Shown here: piece after piece, positions 7,428-16,324 of the stretch
Layout: each line of letters opens with the position of its first letter
How positions within the stretch are numbered: the stretch's first letter is position 1
Origin: a virus
Length of the DNA: 64,000 nucleotides
Reading direction: 5' to 3' (one strand)
IMG/VR virus record: IMGVR_UViG_3300013137_002967
Span: 1-64,000 of that record
Notes under the pieces: generated by a model
The model's database searches: none
What the model was told of the DNA's origin: nothing
The model's input: the letters and a program-made list of their open reading frames with translations, nothing else
Position numbers and translations under genes: made by a program

Positions 7428-8219
7428 ATGGGTAAAATTCAGAATGATAAATACTATACATCTAGAGAATTAGCAAAGTATTGTATAAATAAAACTTTTG
7501 AGGTCATAGATGAAAAAAATGTTTCAGATATTATAGAACCAAGTGCAGGAAATGGTTCATTTTCAGATCAATTATTTTTTTGTTCTGCTTATGATATTGA
7601 ACCAGAATCAAAAAATATAATTCAACAAGATTTTTTACAATTAGATATACAGTATAAAAAAGGTAGATTGATTATAGGTAATCCACCTTATGGCGCTAAA
7701 ATGCAATTAGCTGCAAAATTTTTCAAAAAGTCAGTAGAAATAGGAGATTATGTTTCTTTTATATTGCCTATTTCTCAATTAGATAATATTATTACTTTAT
7801 ATGAATTTGATTTAATTTATAGTGAGGATCTTGGATTAAAAAATTATTCTGATGTCAAATTACATTGCTGTTTAAATATTTATAAAAGACCAGAAGGTGG
7901 ATTAAATTTAAAACCAAAATTCGAAATGAAAGATATTACCATTGTTAGAGATGCTAAAAAAGGCTACGATCAAATTGAAGATGATATAAGAATGGTTTAC
8001 TGGGGGTCTGGAAGTGCTGGAAAAATATTAAATAGAAATGATAAAAGATATGCTGGTGAATATAAAATTAAAATTCACAATGATGGTCTTAGAGAAAAAA
8101 TTATTCAGATTTTATCTAATGTTGATTGGAAAAAAGAATTAAAAGCAATAGCAATGCTTAGAATTAAGCAATATCATATATATAATCTTTTAAAAAGGGA
8201 AATTCCAGGTATTATGTGA
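7428..8219 (+). CDS. N6-adenine DNA methyltransferase-like protein
   Basis: DKYYT, IEPSAGNGSF (SAM-binding) and IGNPPY (catalytic) motifs. Confidence 0.8.
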   Translation: MGKIQNDKYYTSRELAKYCINKTFEVIDEKNVSDIIEPSAGNGSFSDQLFFCSAYDIEPESKNIIQQDFLQLDIQYKKGRLIIGNPPYGAKMQLAAKFFKKSVEIGDYVSFILPISQLDNIITLYEFDLIYSEDLGLKNYSDVKLHCCLNIYKRPEGGLNLKPKFEMKDITIVRDAKKGYDQIEDDIRMVYWGSGSAGKILNRNDKRYAGEYKIKIHNDGLREKIIQILSNVDWKKELKAIAMLRIKQYHIYNLLKREIPGIM

Positions 8220-8220
8220 A

Positions 8221-8391
8221 CTACTTTTCTTTTCCGCATTCACATTTACCTTCTTCACACTTACATTCTTCACAATCACAGTCTTCACATTTTTTACCGC
8301 ATTTATCGCAACATTTTTCTTCTTTTTGGTAATTTTTATCACCTTTACCACATTCAAAAAGAAATGTTTCAAAAGTTTTGATTCTTTTCAT
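8221..8391 (-). CDS. metallothionein-like Cys-rich peptide with CTS-like N-terminus (56 aa, not in ORF track)
   Basis: MKRIKTFETFLFECGKGDKNYQKEEKCCDKCGKKCEDCDCEECKCEEGKCECGKEK*; 11 Cys; TTTTATATATAC motif just upstream. Confidence 0.75.
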   Translation of the reverse strand: MKRIKTFETFLFECGKGDKNYQKEEKCCDKCGKKCEDCDCEECKCEEGKCECGKEK

Positions 8392-8438
8392 ATACAAAAA
8401 TTAATTTTCAGTATATATAAAAATTTTAAAAACATTTT

Positions 8439-8552
8439 TTATTCGAATGTAACTGGCTCGTAATCCATTGAATCAATGTCGCCAACCTGAATTAACTGAG
8501 ATAATAGCATGTCAATATCAAAAACATCAAATTCTCAAATATGTGCATCCAT
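8439..8552 (-). other. small acidic ORF with in-frame TGA at codon 6
   Basis: MDAHI(TGA)EFDVFDIDMLLSQLIQVGDIDSMDYEPVTFE*. Confidence 0.4.
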
Positions 8553-8678
8553 AATTATAAATTTTAAAAGGTTAAAAATCAAATTTTTTTATTAATATAG
8601 AAGGAGATAAGAAATTATAAATGAACTTTTTAATTGGATATTTAGCAATAAACATACCTAAAATAGGAATAAAGTTTT

Positions 8679-9113
8679 TCATTGAATAGGTATTTTATTA
8701 ATTCTTGTTAAATGTCTACCACCATCAAATTCTGTTTCTAGAAAGATTTTCACAATTTTTATTGCATCATCAGTTGATATAAACCTAGCAGGTAATGCGC
8801 ACATATTAGCATCATTATGTTTTCTAGCTAATGATGCAATTTCTTTTTGCCAACAAAGAGCAGAACGAATTTTTGGATATTTATTAACTACCATATTAAT
8901 TCCGTTACCACTACCACATAAACTAATACCGAAATCGAAATCACCTTCTGATAATCGCTTTGCTAATGGGTGTGCAAAATCTGGATAATCACAACTATCA
9001 GTTGAATAACAACCAAAATCAGTTATTGCATATTCATCATCAAGTAACCACTTAATTAAATTTTGCTTGGTTTCAAACCCTGCATGATCTGAGGCTATAC
9101 CTATTTTAATCAT
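8679..9113 (-). CDS. rpiB: ribose-5-phosphate isomerase B
   Basis: IASDHAG, DYPDFA, CGSGNG, ARKHNDAN, GGRHxxRI motifs. Confidence 0.93.
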   Translation of the reverse strand: MIKIGIASDHAGFETKQNLIKWLLDDEYAITDFGCYSTDSCDYPDFAHPLAKRLSEGDFDFGISLCGSGNGINMVVNKYPKIRSALCWQKEIASLARKHNDANMCALPARFISTDDAIKIVKIFLETEFDGGRHLTRINKIPIQ

Positions 9114-9658
9114 AATTGAGACTTATTTACTATTTTTAATTTAACACTTCTTAGAAGTTGATTAATATTGAATTTATCTGTTTCATAATTCACTGTTCTT
9201 TTTTTTAAAAAACTTAGTTCATTATTTTTAAGTAAAAAAACAGTATCTGAAGAATATACATCTACTCCGTAAAAATTAGTATTACTGGTTAGATTTATAA
9301 TTATAATATTCTTATCTCTAATTTTTGATGCAAGACTTCTAATCTGATTATCAATTTTTTTACGATACATCATTCTTTGAATGGGATCGGGATCATTACT
9401 TATTTCATCATATGTGAGAAATTTCATCAATATTATTGAATTATCTTCTATATCATCATCTAGATCCACTGTAGACAATCTATCTACACCAGAGAAGCAA
9501 TTAATAATTTTATAATCCTTTTTCAAATCTTTTAATATAAAATTGATAAATTGCTCTGATTTAATATCGTGTATAAAAGTTACCATCTTTCCTTTACAAC
9601 GAATTACTGAATTATATATGATATCATATTTCATATTTACATTATTCCTTATATCCAA
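9110..9658 (-). CDS. hypothetical protein with C-terminal RxxKL tag
   Basis: Ends LLRSVKLKIVNKSQL. Confidence 0.55.
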   Translation of the reverse strand: MDIRNNVNMKYDIIYNSVIRCKGKMVTFIHDIKSEQFINFILKDLKKDYKIINCFSGVDRLSTVDLDDDIEDNSIILMKFLTYDEISNDPDPIQRMMYRKKIDNQIRSLASKIRDKNIIIINLTSNTNFYGVDVYSSDTVFLLKNNELSFLKKRTVNYETDKFNINQLLRSVKLKIVNKSQL

Positions 9659-9989
9659 TAAATTTCAAAAAATCATCTGTTGGTTTTACTTTATGTGTTA
9701 AAACATAATGACTAGCAAAATCACCAGGCCAACTATAATTATCTAATTGATACTCACAACATCCTAAAATTTCTTCAGTGATTCTACTATATGAAAATCC
9801 TCTGTAAAGTACTTTTTGTGCAATTTTTTCTTTTTTGATAATAAGATTATAAATAATATTAGCTTCTTTTTCTGATAATACATTTGATACAGGCATAGGA
9901 TATTTAGGATAATGTTCAGAATACCAATAACCTTCTATTTTTATACTTTCTTCTGTTTTCATGTTGTTATTTTTATATTTCCAAATCAT
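9642..9989 (-). CDS. hypothetical phage protein
   Basis: ORF in operon; true start probably Met at 9962. Confidence 0.55.
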   Translation of the reverse strand: MIWKYKNNNMKTEESIKIEGYWYSEHYPKYPMPVSNVLSEKEANIIYNLIIKKEKIAQKVLYRGFSYSRITEEILGCCEYQLDNYSWPGDFASHYVLTHKVKPTDDFLKFIGYKE

Positions 9990-10836
9990 AATTACCTAAT
10001 ATTAAAAATCTTGTTGCATCTTTACCACTTCCATCTTTTGGTACTTTTTTACCATTACTATATAAAAATTCTTTAACTGGTTCTGGTCCAACATTGTGAG
10101 CCATAGCAATTATACCTGATTCTGTAATTGCCCATCCATTAAGAAATGTACCGTCAAATTTTTTGATTTCATCTTTTAGATAAACATATAAAATATCTAC
10201 CCATAGTCTCATAGCGGCTTCTTGTAATTCAGGATTACTTTTCCATTTTTCCCAACTAATATTATCAAGATTGATAGATTTTCTTGCACTCTCACCCATC
10301 TGATATTTACCCCAATACTGACTACCTTCTCTTCTAGCTTCATAAGGATTTTCCCAACCATTAGATTCTATTCCATGTAAATTTTCCTTCCACATTTCAT
10401 AATCTTTTGATGCATCCTTTAAATGAAAAATTATAAAATTTGCATCTTTATTTAGTATTTTCTTATAATTTACAATGTTTATAGAATCTTTGTGTATATC
10501 TCCGGTTGAGGGTATATAGACCGGATATTGAGAATAATTGGGCTTTGAAATTTTCTTAATATTAATATCAATACCAAAAGTCAATAACAAAACTATCGCT
10601 ATAATCGCTATACCTATTAAAAGAATAAATAATTTAAGAGTATATTTAGAAAATAGACGTAGAAAGAATAGTTTATCGTATTGGAAAAAATATTTAATCT
10701 TTCTAGGAATTAGATTTTTTTGATATTTAATTGTAGCCTGAAGCAATTCATCAGATATTTCAACATCATGTTTTAATGATGGATCTAAATGATAATCGTT
10801 CTTATCGTGTAAAATTTTATTTAGATTTTTCCACAT
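9973..10836 (-). CDS. membrane-anchored lysozyme-fold (transglycosylase-like) protein
   Basis: One TM helix, then IESNG...WGKYQM...AMAHNVG, resembling lysozyme-like catalytic motifs. Confidence 0.55.
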   Translation of the reverse strand: MWKNLNKILHDKNDYHLDPSLKHDVEISDELLQATIKYQKNLIPRKIKYFFQYDKLFFLRLFSKYTLKLFILLIGIAIIAIVLLLTFGIDINIKKISKPNYSQYPVYIPSTGDIHKDSINIVNYKKILNKDANFIIFHLKDASKDYEMWKENLHGIESNGWENPYEARREGSQYWGKYQMGESARKSINLDNISWEKWKSNPELQEAAMRLWVDILYVYLKDEIKKFDGTFLNGWAITESGIIAMAHNVGPEPVKEFLYSNGKKVPKDGSGKDATRFLILGNYDLEI

Positions 10837-10990
10837 CTTTTTTATAATTATATAGTAATTTAGTTTCCTTAATAAAAAAATCAAAAATTAGAAGCAAACC
10901 AGAATTCTAAATTTTTTATTTCTTTCAATTTTATTTTTAACAACTTGAATTTGAAGTATTTCCATTACAAATATACGGAAAATATTTCAT

Positions 10991-11818
10991 TTAAATACTA
11001 TCATTCTCTAAATATTTTTTATATTCGAGTAATCCTCTTTCTAAGTTATATTCTGGTTTCCATCCAGGTAACCATAATTTAGAGTCAGATTTAGTATTAA
11101 ATTGATAGCCTTTTGGAATCATATTTTTATTATGATATGAATATGGTATTTTCATTATTTTCATTATATCTTCATAGGTTCTAGATTCTCCACTACCAAC
11201 ATCATAATATTTTCTATAATATAATTTTCTATAATATGTATAAGCATAGATATTTGCACTTACAACATCATCAACATATATAAAATCTCTTTTAGGTTCA
11301 CCTGGAAAAAGTTTAACTTCTTCATTATTTTTATACCTTAAGAACATTTGATATGCAATAGATGCCATATTTCCTTTATGATCCTCGCCAGGTCCATAGA
11401 CATTGAAATATCTCAAATTAATACCTGAGTGTAAAGAAACATAATTTTCGCCTGCGTATTTACTCCAGCCATAAAGATTACTAGGATATTGATTATTGAT
11501 GCCATAATTTGCTGCGGATGAAGAATATATTAATGGTATATCATATATTTTACTCCAAGATGTTATTACTTTGGTTGATTCGTAATTTCGCAACATCATA
11601 TAATTCACATCGTTCTCAAGTGTATTAGAGCAAGCACCTACATGAAAAATGACATTTGGCATAAAATCATATAACATTTTTTTTAACTTATCTATCCAAT
11701 TGGAATCATCAAAATAACTTTCGTCTATACCCAACAATAAGTTATTATCGTTAGAAAGTGCATTATATAATCTTTTACCTATAAATCCTTTATATCCTGT
11801 TATAACAATTTTATTCAT
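10991..11818 (-). CDS. NAD-dependent epimerase, ADP-L-glycero-D-manno-heptose 6-epimerase-like
   Basis: TGYKGFIG, FHVGACSNT, YSSSAANYG, YGWSK, LRYFNVYGPGEDHKGNMAS, RDFIYVDDV. Confidence 0.8.
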   Translation of the reverse strand: MNKIVITGYKGFIGKRLYNALSNDNNLLLGIDESYFDDSNWIDKLKKMLYDFMPNVIFHVGACSNTLENDVNYMMLRNYESTKVITSWSKIYDIPLIYSSSAANYGINNQYPSNLYGWSKYAGENYVSLHSGINLRYFNVYGPGEDHKGNMASIAYQMFLRYKNNEEVKLFPGEPKRDFIYVDDVVSANIYAYTYYRKLYYRKYYDVGSGESRTYEDIMKIMKIPYSYHNKNMIPKGYQFNTKSDSKLWLPGWKPEYNLERGLLEYKKYLENDSI

Positions 11819-11873
11819 ATCTTCTTTTTAATGAAAATAATTATAAAAGTTTAAAAATAAAAAAAGAGAAGCT

Positions 11874-12398
11874 TTAAGCTTCTCTTTTTTTATTACCTAA
11901 TTTATCAAGTTTAATTTTTCTTAAATATTTTGTTACATCGTCTGGTAAACTATTTTCTCTTTCTATCCATTTTCTATTTCGAATTCTATCATCTGAATGA
12001 TCATAACAGTCTTTACATATTGTAGAAATCCAGCCCTGAGTATATCCAACATTTTCAGTAGACCCGCAAAATTCGCAAGTATTAGCAGACATATGCTCAG
12101 CTAAATTGATCATTCCTTCAATATACTCATCACCTCCATTAAAATAAAAAGATAAAGTTCCGAATTTTTCTTTAACCTGAGTTGCTACAACTTGAGGTAT
12201 TTTTTCATCCTCTCTTCTATATTTATTATTAATATCAATATAGCTTTGTATGGAATAACAAAGTTGATCTATCAACCAAAACCAGCCGTCACTATGCTCA
12301 AATCCCCAACAAAGTGCTGTTTCCATAGGATTTCCATATCTATTTATGAAAATTTTCGGATATTTTTGAACCAGATAATTGTCTAATTTTTCTTGCAT
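11874..12398 (-). CDS. phage hypothetical protein with C-terminal RxxKL tag
   Basis: QVKEKFGTLSFY and CExCG...CxxC; ends LRKIKLDKL. Confidence 0.7.
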   Translation of the reverse strand: MQEKLDNYLVQKYPKIFINRYGNPMETALCWGFEHSDGWFWLIDQLCYSIQSYIDINNKYRREDEKIPQVVATQVKEKFGTLSFYFNGGDEYIEGMINLAEHMSANTCEFCGSTENVGYTQGWISTICKDCYDHSDDRIRNRKWIERENSLPDDVTKYLRKIKLDKLGNKKREA

Positions 12399-13126
12399 AA
12401 TTTACAATTTTTACCGTGTGATTTTATATAATTCGGTTTTGTGAATTCTTTATTACAATATTCACATTTAATTTTAATTTTATCATTCTCTCTTTTCATT
12501 TCAGATATTTTCTTACGAACTTCTTCATTTTTAGATGGATTGTTTTCACCAATTATATCAGTTCTATCGTAATGTTTACCTGTATTTTTCTCTCTACATT
12601 TTTGTTTTATTGATTCCGCTCTTTCCGTTCCATACTTATCAATATATGTTATGTTTAATAATTTTTCTGATAATTTTCTTTTAGTTTCATCACTATGATG
12701 CCAACCGCATCCTCTTGAAGATTTTCCTTTTTTTGATTCACTCATTTTTTTTCTACTTTCATCAGAATGAGTTCTTCCAGACCAATTATTAAAAATCCAA
12801 CCATGAGATTTATCACTGAGTTTTTTTCTTATATTTTCCTTGTTAGGATTATTTGTAAAATTATCACCACCAAAATTTCCAATACAAATATTATATCCAT
12901 TAGGGTATAAACAATTTTCATTGGTAATCCAGTATATTTCAGATTCGTTTAATTCTTCTTGATTTTCACATGGTTGTAAAATTTCTTTTTTAAAATTTTC
13001 TACTCCATATTTTTTTATCGCTAATTTAAGAATTTTACCGGAACCTAAATAATTTATATCATTTCCTTTTTCTTGTCCAATATAAATTTTATTATTTATT
13101 AAATTTGTTGTTTTATAAACATGCAT
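12383..13126 (-). mobile_element. free-standing GIY-YIG homing endonuclease with NUMOD3-like repeats
   Basis: VYKTTNLINNKIYIGQ, YLGSG, HSDESRKKMS and HSDETKRKLS. Confidence 0.85.
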
Positions 13127-13164
13127 ATACTATATATAAAAAAAATCATCCTCCGGAATCTCCT

Positions 13165-13359
13165 TTATAAATTACTTTCTTCATAAATTTGATAATCGAA
13201 ATACCAAGGTGATAATTTTTCATCGTTTTCTATTTTCATCATTTCTTCTGCTGAACTTTTAGCAAGTTCGTACGAATCATAAGAAATTAAAAATCTATTT
13301 GAATCATGTTCTACAAAAGGATCTCTATGAGTATTTCTCCAAATAATTATATAACTCAT
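13165..13359 (-). CDS. hypothetical protein
   Basis: ATGA-coupled ORF. Confidence 0.55.
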   Translation of the reverse strand: MSYIIIWRNTHRDPFVEHDSNRFLISYDSYELAKSSAEEMMKIENDEKLSPWYFDYQIYEESNL

Positions 13360-13661
13360 AATACTACTTTAATAATTTCAAAATTATCTGATGATCTCCA
13401 AAAATCTTCATCATCAACTTTCACAACATCGTTTAGTTTAATTGCAATATTTTCCCAATCTTTCCAATCACTATTATTCAGTAGCCAATCAACACCTTCA
13501 TAACTATCATTCATAACATATTTGACTTCATTTTGATATTCTTGACTATCTTTAGTATATCCATCAACTTCAATTGCATAATGATTAGCACGATTTTCAG
13601 CAACATCTTTCAAAGGAATTAAATATTGTCCTCTAGGAGTATTACATTTAATTGCTCTCAT
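13356..13661 (-). CDS. hypothetical protein
   Basis: ORF directly downstream of clpP. Confidence 0.6.
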   Translation of the reverse strand: MRAIKCNTPRGQYLIPLKDVAENRANHYAIEVDGYTKDSQEYQNEVKYVMNDSYEGVDWLLNNSDWKDWENIAIKLNDVVKVDDEDFWRSSDNFEIIKVVL

Positions 13662-13662
13662 A

Positions 13663-14346
13663 TTATTTTTTCTGTTTAATTAACACATCATCAATCATTC
13701 CGTAAGACTTTGCTTCTTCTGATGTCATCCAATAATCTCTATCACCATCTTTTTCAATTTTAGAGAATTCCTGACCAGAATGTTCAGCAATAATCTGATA
13801 TAATTCAGTTTTCAAAATTTGAATTTCTTTAGCTACGATCTGAATATCAGATGACATACCCTCAGCACCAACTGAAGGTTGATGAATCATCACTCTTGAG
13901 TGTTTCAGAGCGGTTCTTTTACCTTTAGTACCAGCACATAGAAGAACAGCACCCATAGACGCTGCCATACCAGTACAGATGGTTGCAATATCAGGACTTA
14001 CGTATTGCATGGTATCATAAATACCAAGACCTGCATAAACTCCTCCACCAGGGCTATTTAGATAAATTTGAATATCTTTTTCTTTATCAATAGATTCAAG
14101 AAAAAGAAGTTGAGCTTGAATAATGTTTGAAACATAATCATTAATACCAGTACCAAGGAAAATAATACGATCCATCATTAACCTTGAAAATACGTCCATC
14201 TGTGCGACATTAAGCTGTCGTTCTTCAATGATTGTTGGATTAATGTAATTATCTTTAATATAACCATTTGCAATGCTTTGATAATTATGCAATGCTAGAG
14301 AACTAATACCAAGATGTTTGGTAGCATACTTTTCGAATTCATTCAT
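13663..14346 (-). CDS. clpP: ATP-dependent Clp protease proteolytic subunit
   Basis: MDVFSRLMMDRIIFLG, NSPGG, GMAASMG (Ser), MIHQP (His), DRDYWM; Bacteroidota-like N-terminus. Confidence 0.95.
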   Translation of the reverse strand: MNEFEKYATKHLGISSLALHNYQSIANGYIKDNYINPTIIEERQLNVAQMDVFSRLMMDRIIFLGTGINDYVSNIIQAQLLFLESIDKEKDIQIYLNSPGGGVYAGLGIYDTMQYVSPDIATICTGMAASMGAVLLCAGTKGKRTALKHSRVMIHQPSVGAEGMSSDIQIVAKEIQILKTELYQIIAEHSGQEFSKIEKDGDRDYWMTSEEAKSYGMIDDVLIKQKK

Positions 14347-14433
14347 AAATTTTATTATTTTAAATGTTTAATTTTTATATAACAAATATAACAAAAACTT
14401 TTCATTCTACAAGAACCTAAGTTCCTCTTTTTG

Positions 14434-14763
14434 TTATTCAGCATCTTCCTCTAAAATTTCTTCTTCTTCATCCTGAAGTTTTTCCATCATCAAATCTTTC
14501 AATTTGCGCATCCTGTCATCCGAAAAAAGAGTTTTAACTTTTTCATCATCAATAGGATATGAAATTTCTTCGTCTAATACATGAAAAAGATAATCAATTG
14601 ATAATTCCGTATCAACTTTGTCGCACAAGAAATCGATAAGATTTACCTTTTCGGTTTCATCAAGTTCAAAAATTTTCCTCTCTTTCATCTGAACTAAAAC
14701 CTCTTTTTGTTCATCAATAGAAAGATTGTCTACATTGCCTGTCAAAATTTCACTAATATTCAT
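14434..14763 (-). CDS. acidic hypothetical protein
   Basis: ORF only. Confidence 0.6.
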   Translation of the reverse strand: MNISEILTGNVDNLSIDEQKEVLVQMKERKIFELDETEKVNLIDFLCDKVDTELSIDYLFHVLDEEISYPIDDEKVKTLFSDDRMRKLKDLMMEKLQDEEEEILEEDAE

Positions 14764-14883
14764 ATTATTGTGTTATTAAATTATTACTATTATTTAGTAT
14801 ATTAAAAAATTTACAAAGTTTAACAAATCAATTAAAAATATTTATACAAATATAATAAATATTTTTAATAAACAAAAAAAATT

Positions 14884-15123
14884 TTAATAATTTTCATCAT
14901 CATCATCAAAACCATAATCAGATTCATCATCATCGAAGTCGTATTCATTGTGATCTATAACTTCATCGACACTTATCTCGACAACTTCAATATCATCTTC
15001 ATACATAAGACTATCATCATCTAAAATTTTTTGAGATAAATCCTCTGCAAATCTGTTAATTTTATCTAAGCCAGATTTAGTTGCTTCTACTGAAAAACTC
15101 ATTGTAATAGTATATTCTTTCAT
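14884..15123 (-). CDS. acidic hypothetical protein
   Basis: ORF only. Confidence 0.6.
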   Translation of the reverse strand: MKEYTITMSFSVEATKSGLDKINRFAEDLSQKILDDDSLMYEDDIEVVEISVDEVIDHNEYDFDDDESDYGFDDDDENY

Positions 15124-15177
15124 ATTTTAAATTTTAATTTGTTTTCTGAAGTATATAAAAATTATAAGAAAAGTTTA

Positions 15178-15426
15178 TTAAACATGATTCCCGGATCCCG
15201 AATCAATTTTTTCGATTATAATTTTTACGATTCTATGTGGTGGAAAATATTCAATAATATTAGAGTTCTGACTAGAGTTCTGACTAGAGTTCTGATCTTC
15301 TTTCATAACACCATTTGTACCTAAACTTATAATATCTCTTTTAAGTTCATAATCTATCTGGTATTCTGTTGTTTTGGTTATTACTTCACCATTATCAAGA
15401 ATGATCACTATATTTTGTTGTTTCAT
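15178..15426 (-). CDS. hypothetical protein with QNSS x3 repeat
   Basis: 12-bp unit TAGAGTTCTGAC about 3 copies at 15261-15295. Confidence 0.5.
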   Translation of the reverse strand: MKQQNIVIILDNGEVITKTTEYQIDYELKRDIISLGTNGVMKEDQNSSQNSSQNSNIIEYFPPHRIVKIIIEKIDSGSGNHV

Positions 15427-15484
15427 AAAAATGTTTTTATTTTATATAGAATTATAATTTAATTGTTGAATTTTTCTCCTAATA

Positions 15485-16162
15485 TTATGATAAAAGTTCT
15501 ATTTTTCCTTTCAGAATATCTTTCCACCTACAACTTTTACCTGTAATATGATCTATTACAATATCATCACGAAGTCTATAAGTTCTTCTTTTTGTAACTC
15601 TTCCACTTTCACCTATTTGATCATTTCTAAGATTTTTAATTTCTTCATATCTTTTCTTCTCTTCAATAGATTTAAGTTTATCGGTTAAGATTTTCCATGC
15701 TCTAATTTCATTTTTATATTGATCCCTGGTCTCTTGACTTTTAACCTGAATACCTGTTGGTATGTGTGTTAATTGTACACAACTAGAAGTTTTATTCACA
15801 TTTTGTCCACCCGGACCAGAACTTCTAATATAGCTTTTGACAACTTCATTTTTATTCAATTTAAATTCAGATTTCTTCTCTGAATTCATTATTGCAACCG
15901 TTATGAAACTAGTTTGAATTCTATTATATTTTTCTGTTGGTGGAACTCTCACAAAGCAGTGTGAACCGCTTTCATTTGAGTAGTATTTTGACACTTTCTT
16001 ACCAGTAATTCATATATAAGAATTACTTTCACCGGTTTCTACTTTATAAGTAAAATTATTATTTCGGCAAGATTTAGTATAAATTTCAGTTAAGTCTTTG
16101 ACTAGTAATTTAGAATCATTACCACCTTCTGAAGCCCGAATTTCGATTATTATTGTTTCCAT
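15485..16162 (-). CDS. RF1-like class I peptide release factor lacking domain 1, with in-frame TGA at codon 51 (16010-16012)
   Basis: METIIIEIRASEGGND...SYI(TGA)ITGKKV...ESGSHCFVRVPPTE...RSSGPGGQNVNKT...RRTY; both halves are in one frame and align with RF1 domains 2-4. Confidence 0.85.
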
Positions 16163-16236
16163 ATTTAGATAGATTTATTTTTTAAAATAAGTATTTATTT
16201 TGTTAATTCAATAGTTGTTATTGATAACAAAAATAT

Positions 16237-16272
16237 CTAACTCAATAAACCATATCTAAAAATGTTTTTCAT
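16237..16272 (-). promoter_or_regulatory. UAG-terminated uORF upstream of the release-factor gene
   Basis: MKNIFRYGLLS-TAG; TTAGATA spanning the stop is complementary to TATCTAA just before the RF ATG. Confidence 0.45.
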
Positions 16273-16324
16273 GATAGCATATATATAAAATATTGATTAA
16301 TTTGTTTTTTACAAAAATACAATT

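Noticed and set aside
8190-8372. Track ORF MKHFFLNVVKV...
   Set aside because: Alternative frame of the Cys-rich gene 8221-8391, which has a proper ATG and family-type N-terminus.
12383-13126. Group I intron around the GIY-YIG genes (also 43341-44141)
   Set aside because: Flanking ORFs are not two halves of one gene and there is no room for a ribozyme core; treated as free-standing endonucleases.
15261-15295. 12-bp tandem repeat as a regulatory array
   Set aside because: In-frame coding microsatellite (QNSS x3) within a small ORF.
16000-16030. prfB-type +1 frameshift at the release-factor UGA
   Set aside because: No CTT-TGA slippery site or internal SD, and both halves are already in the same frame.
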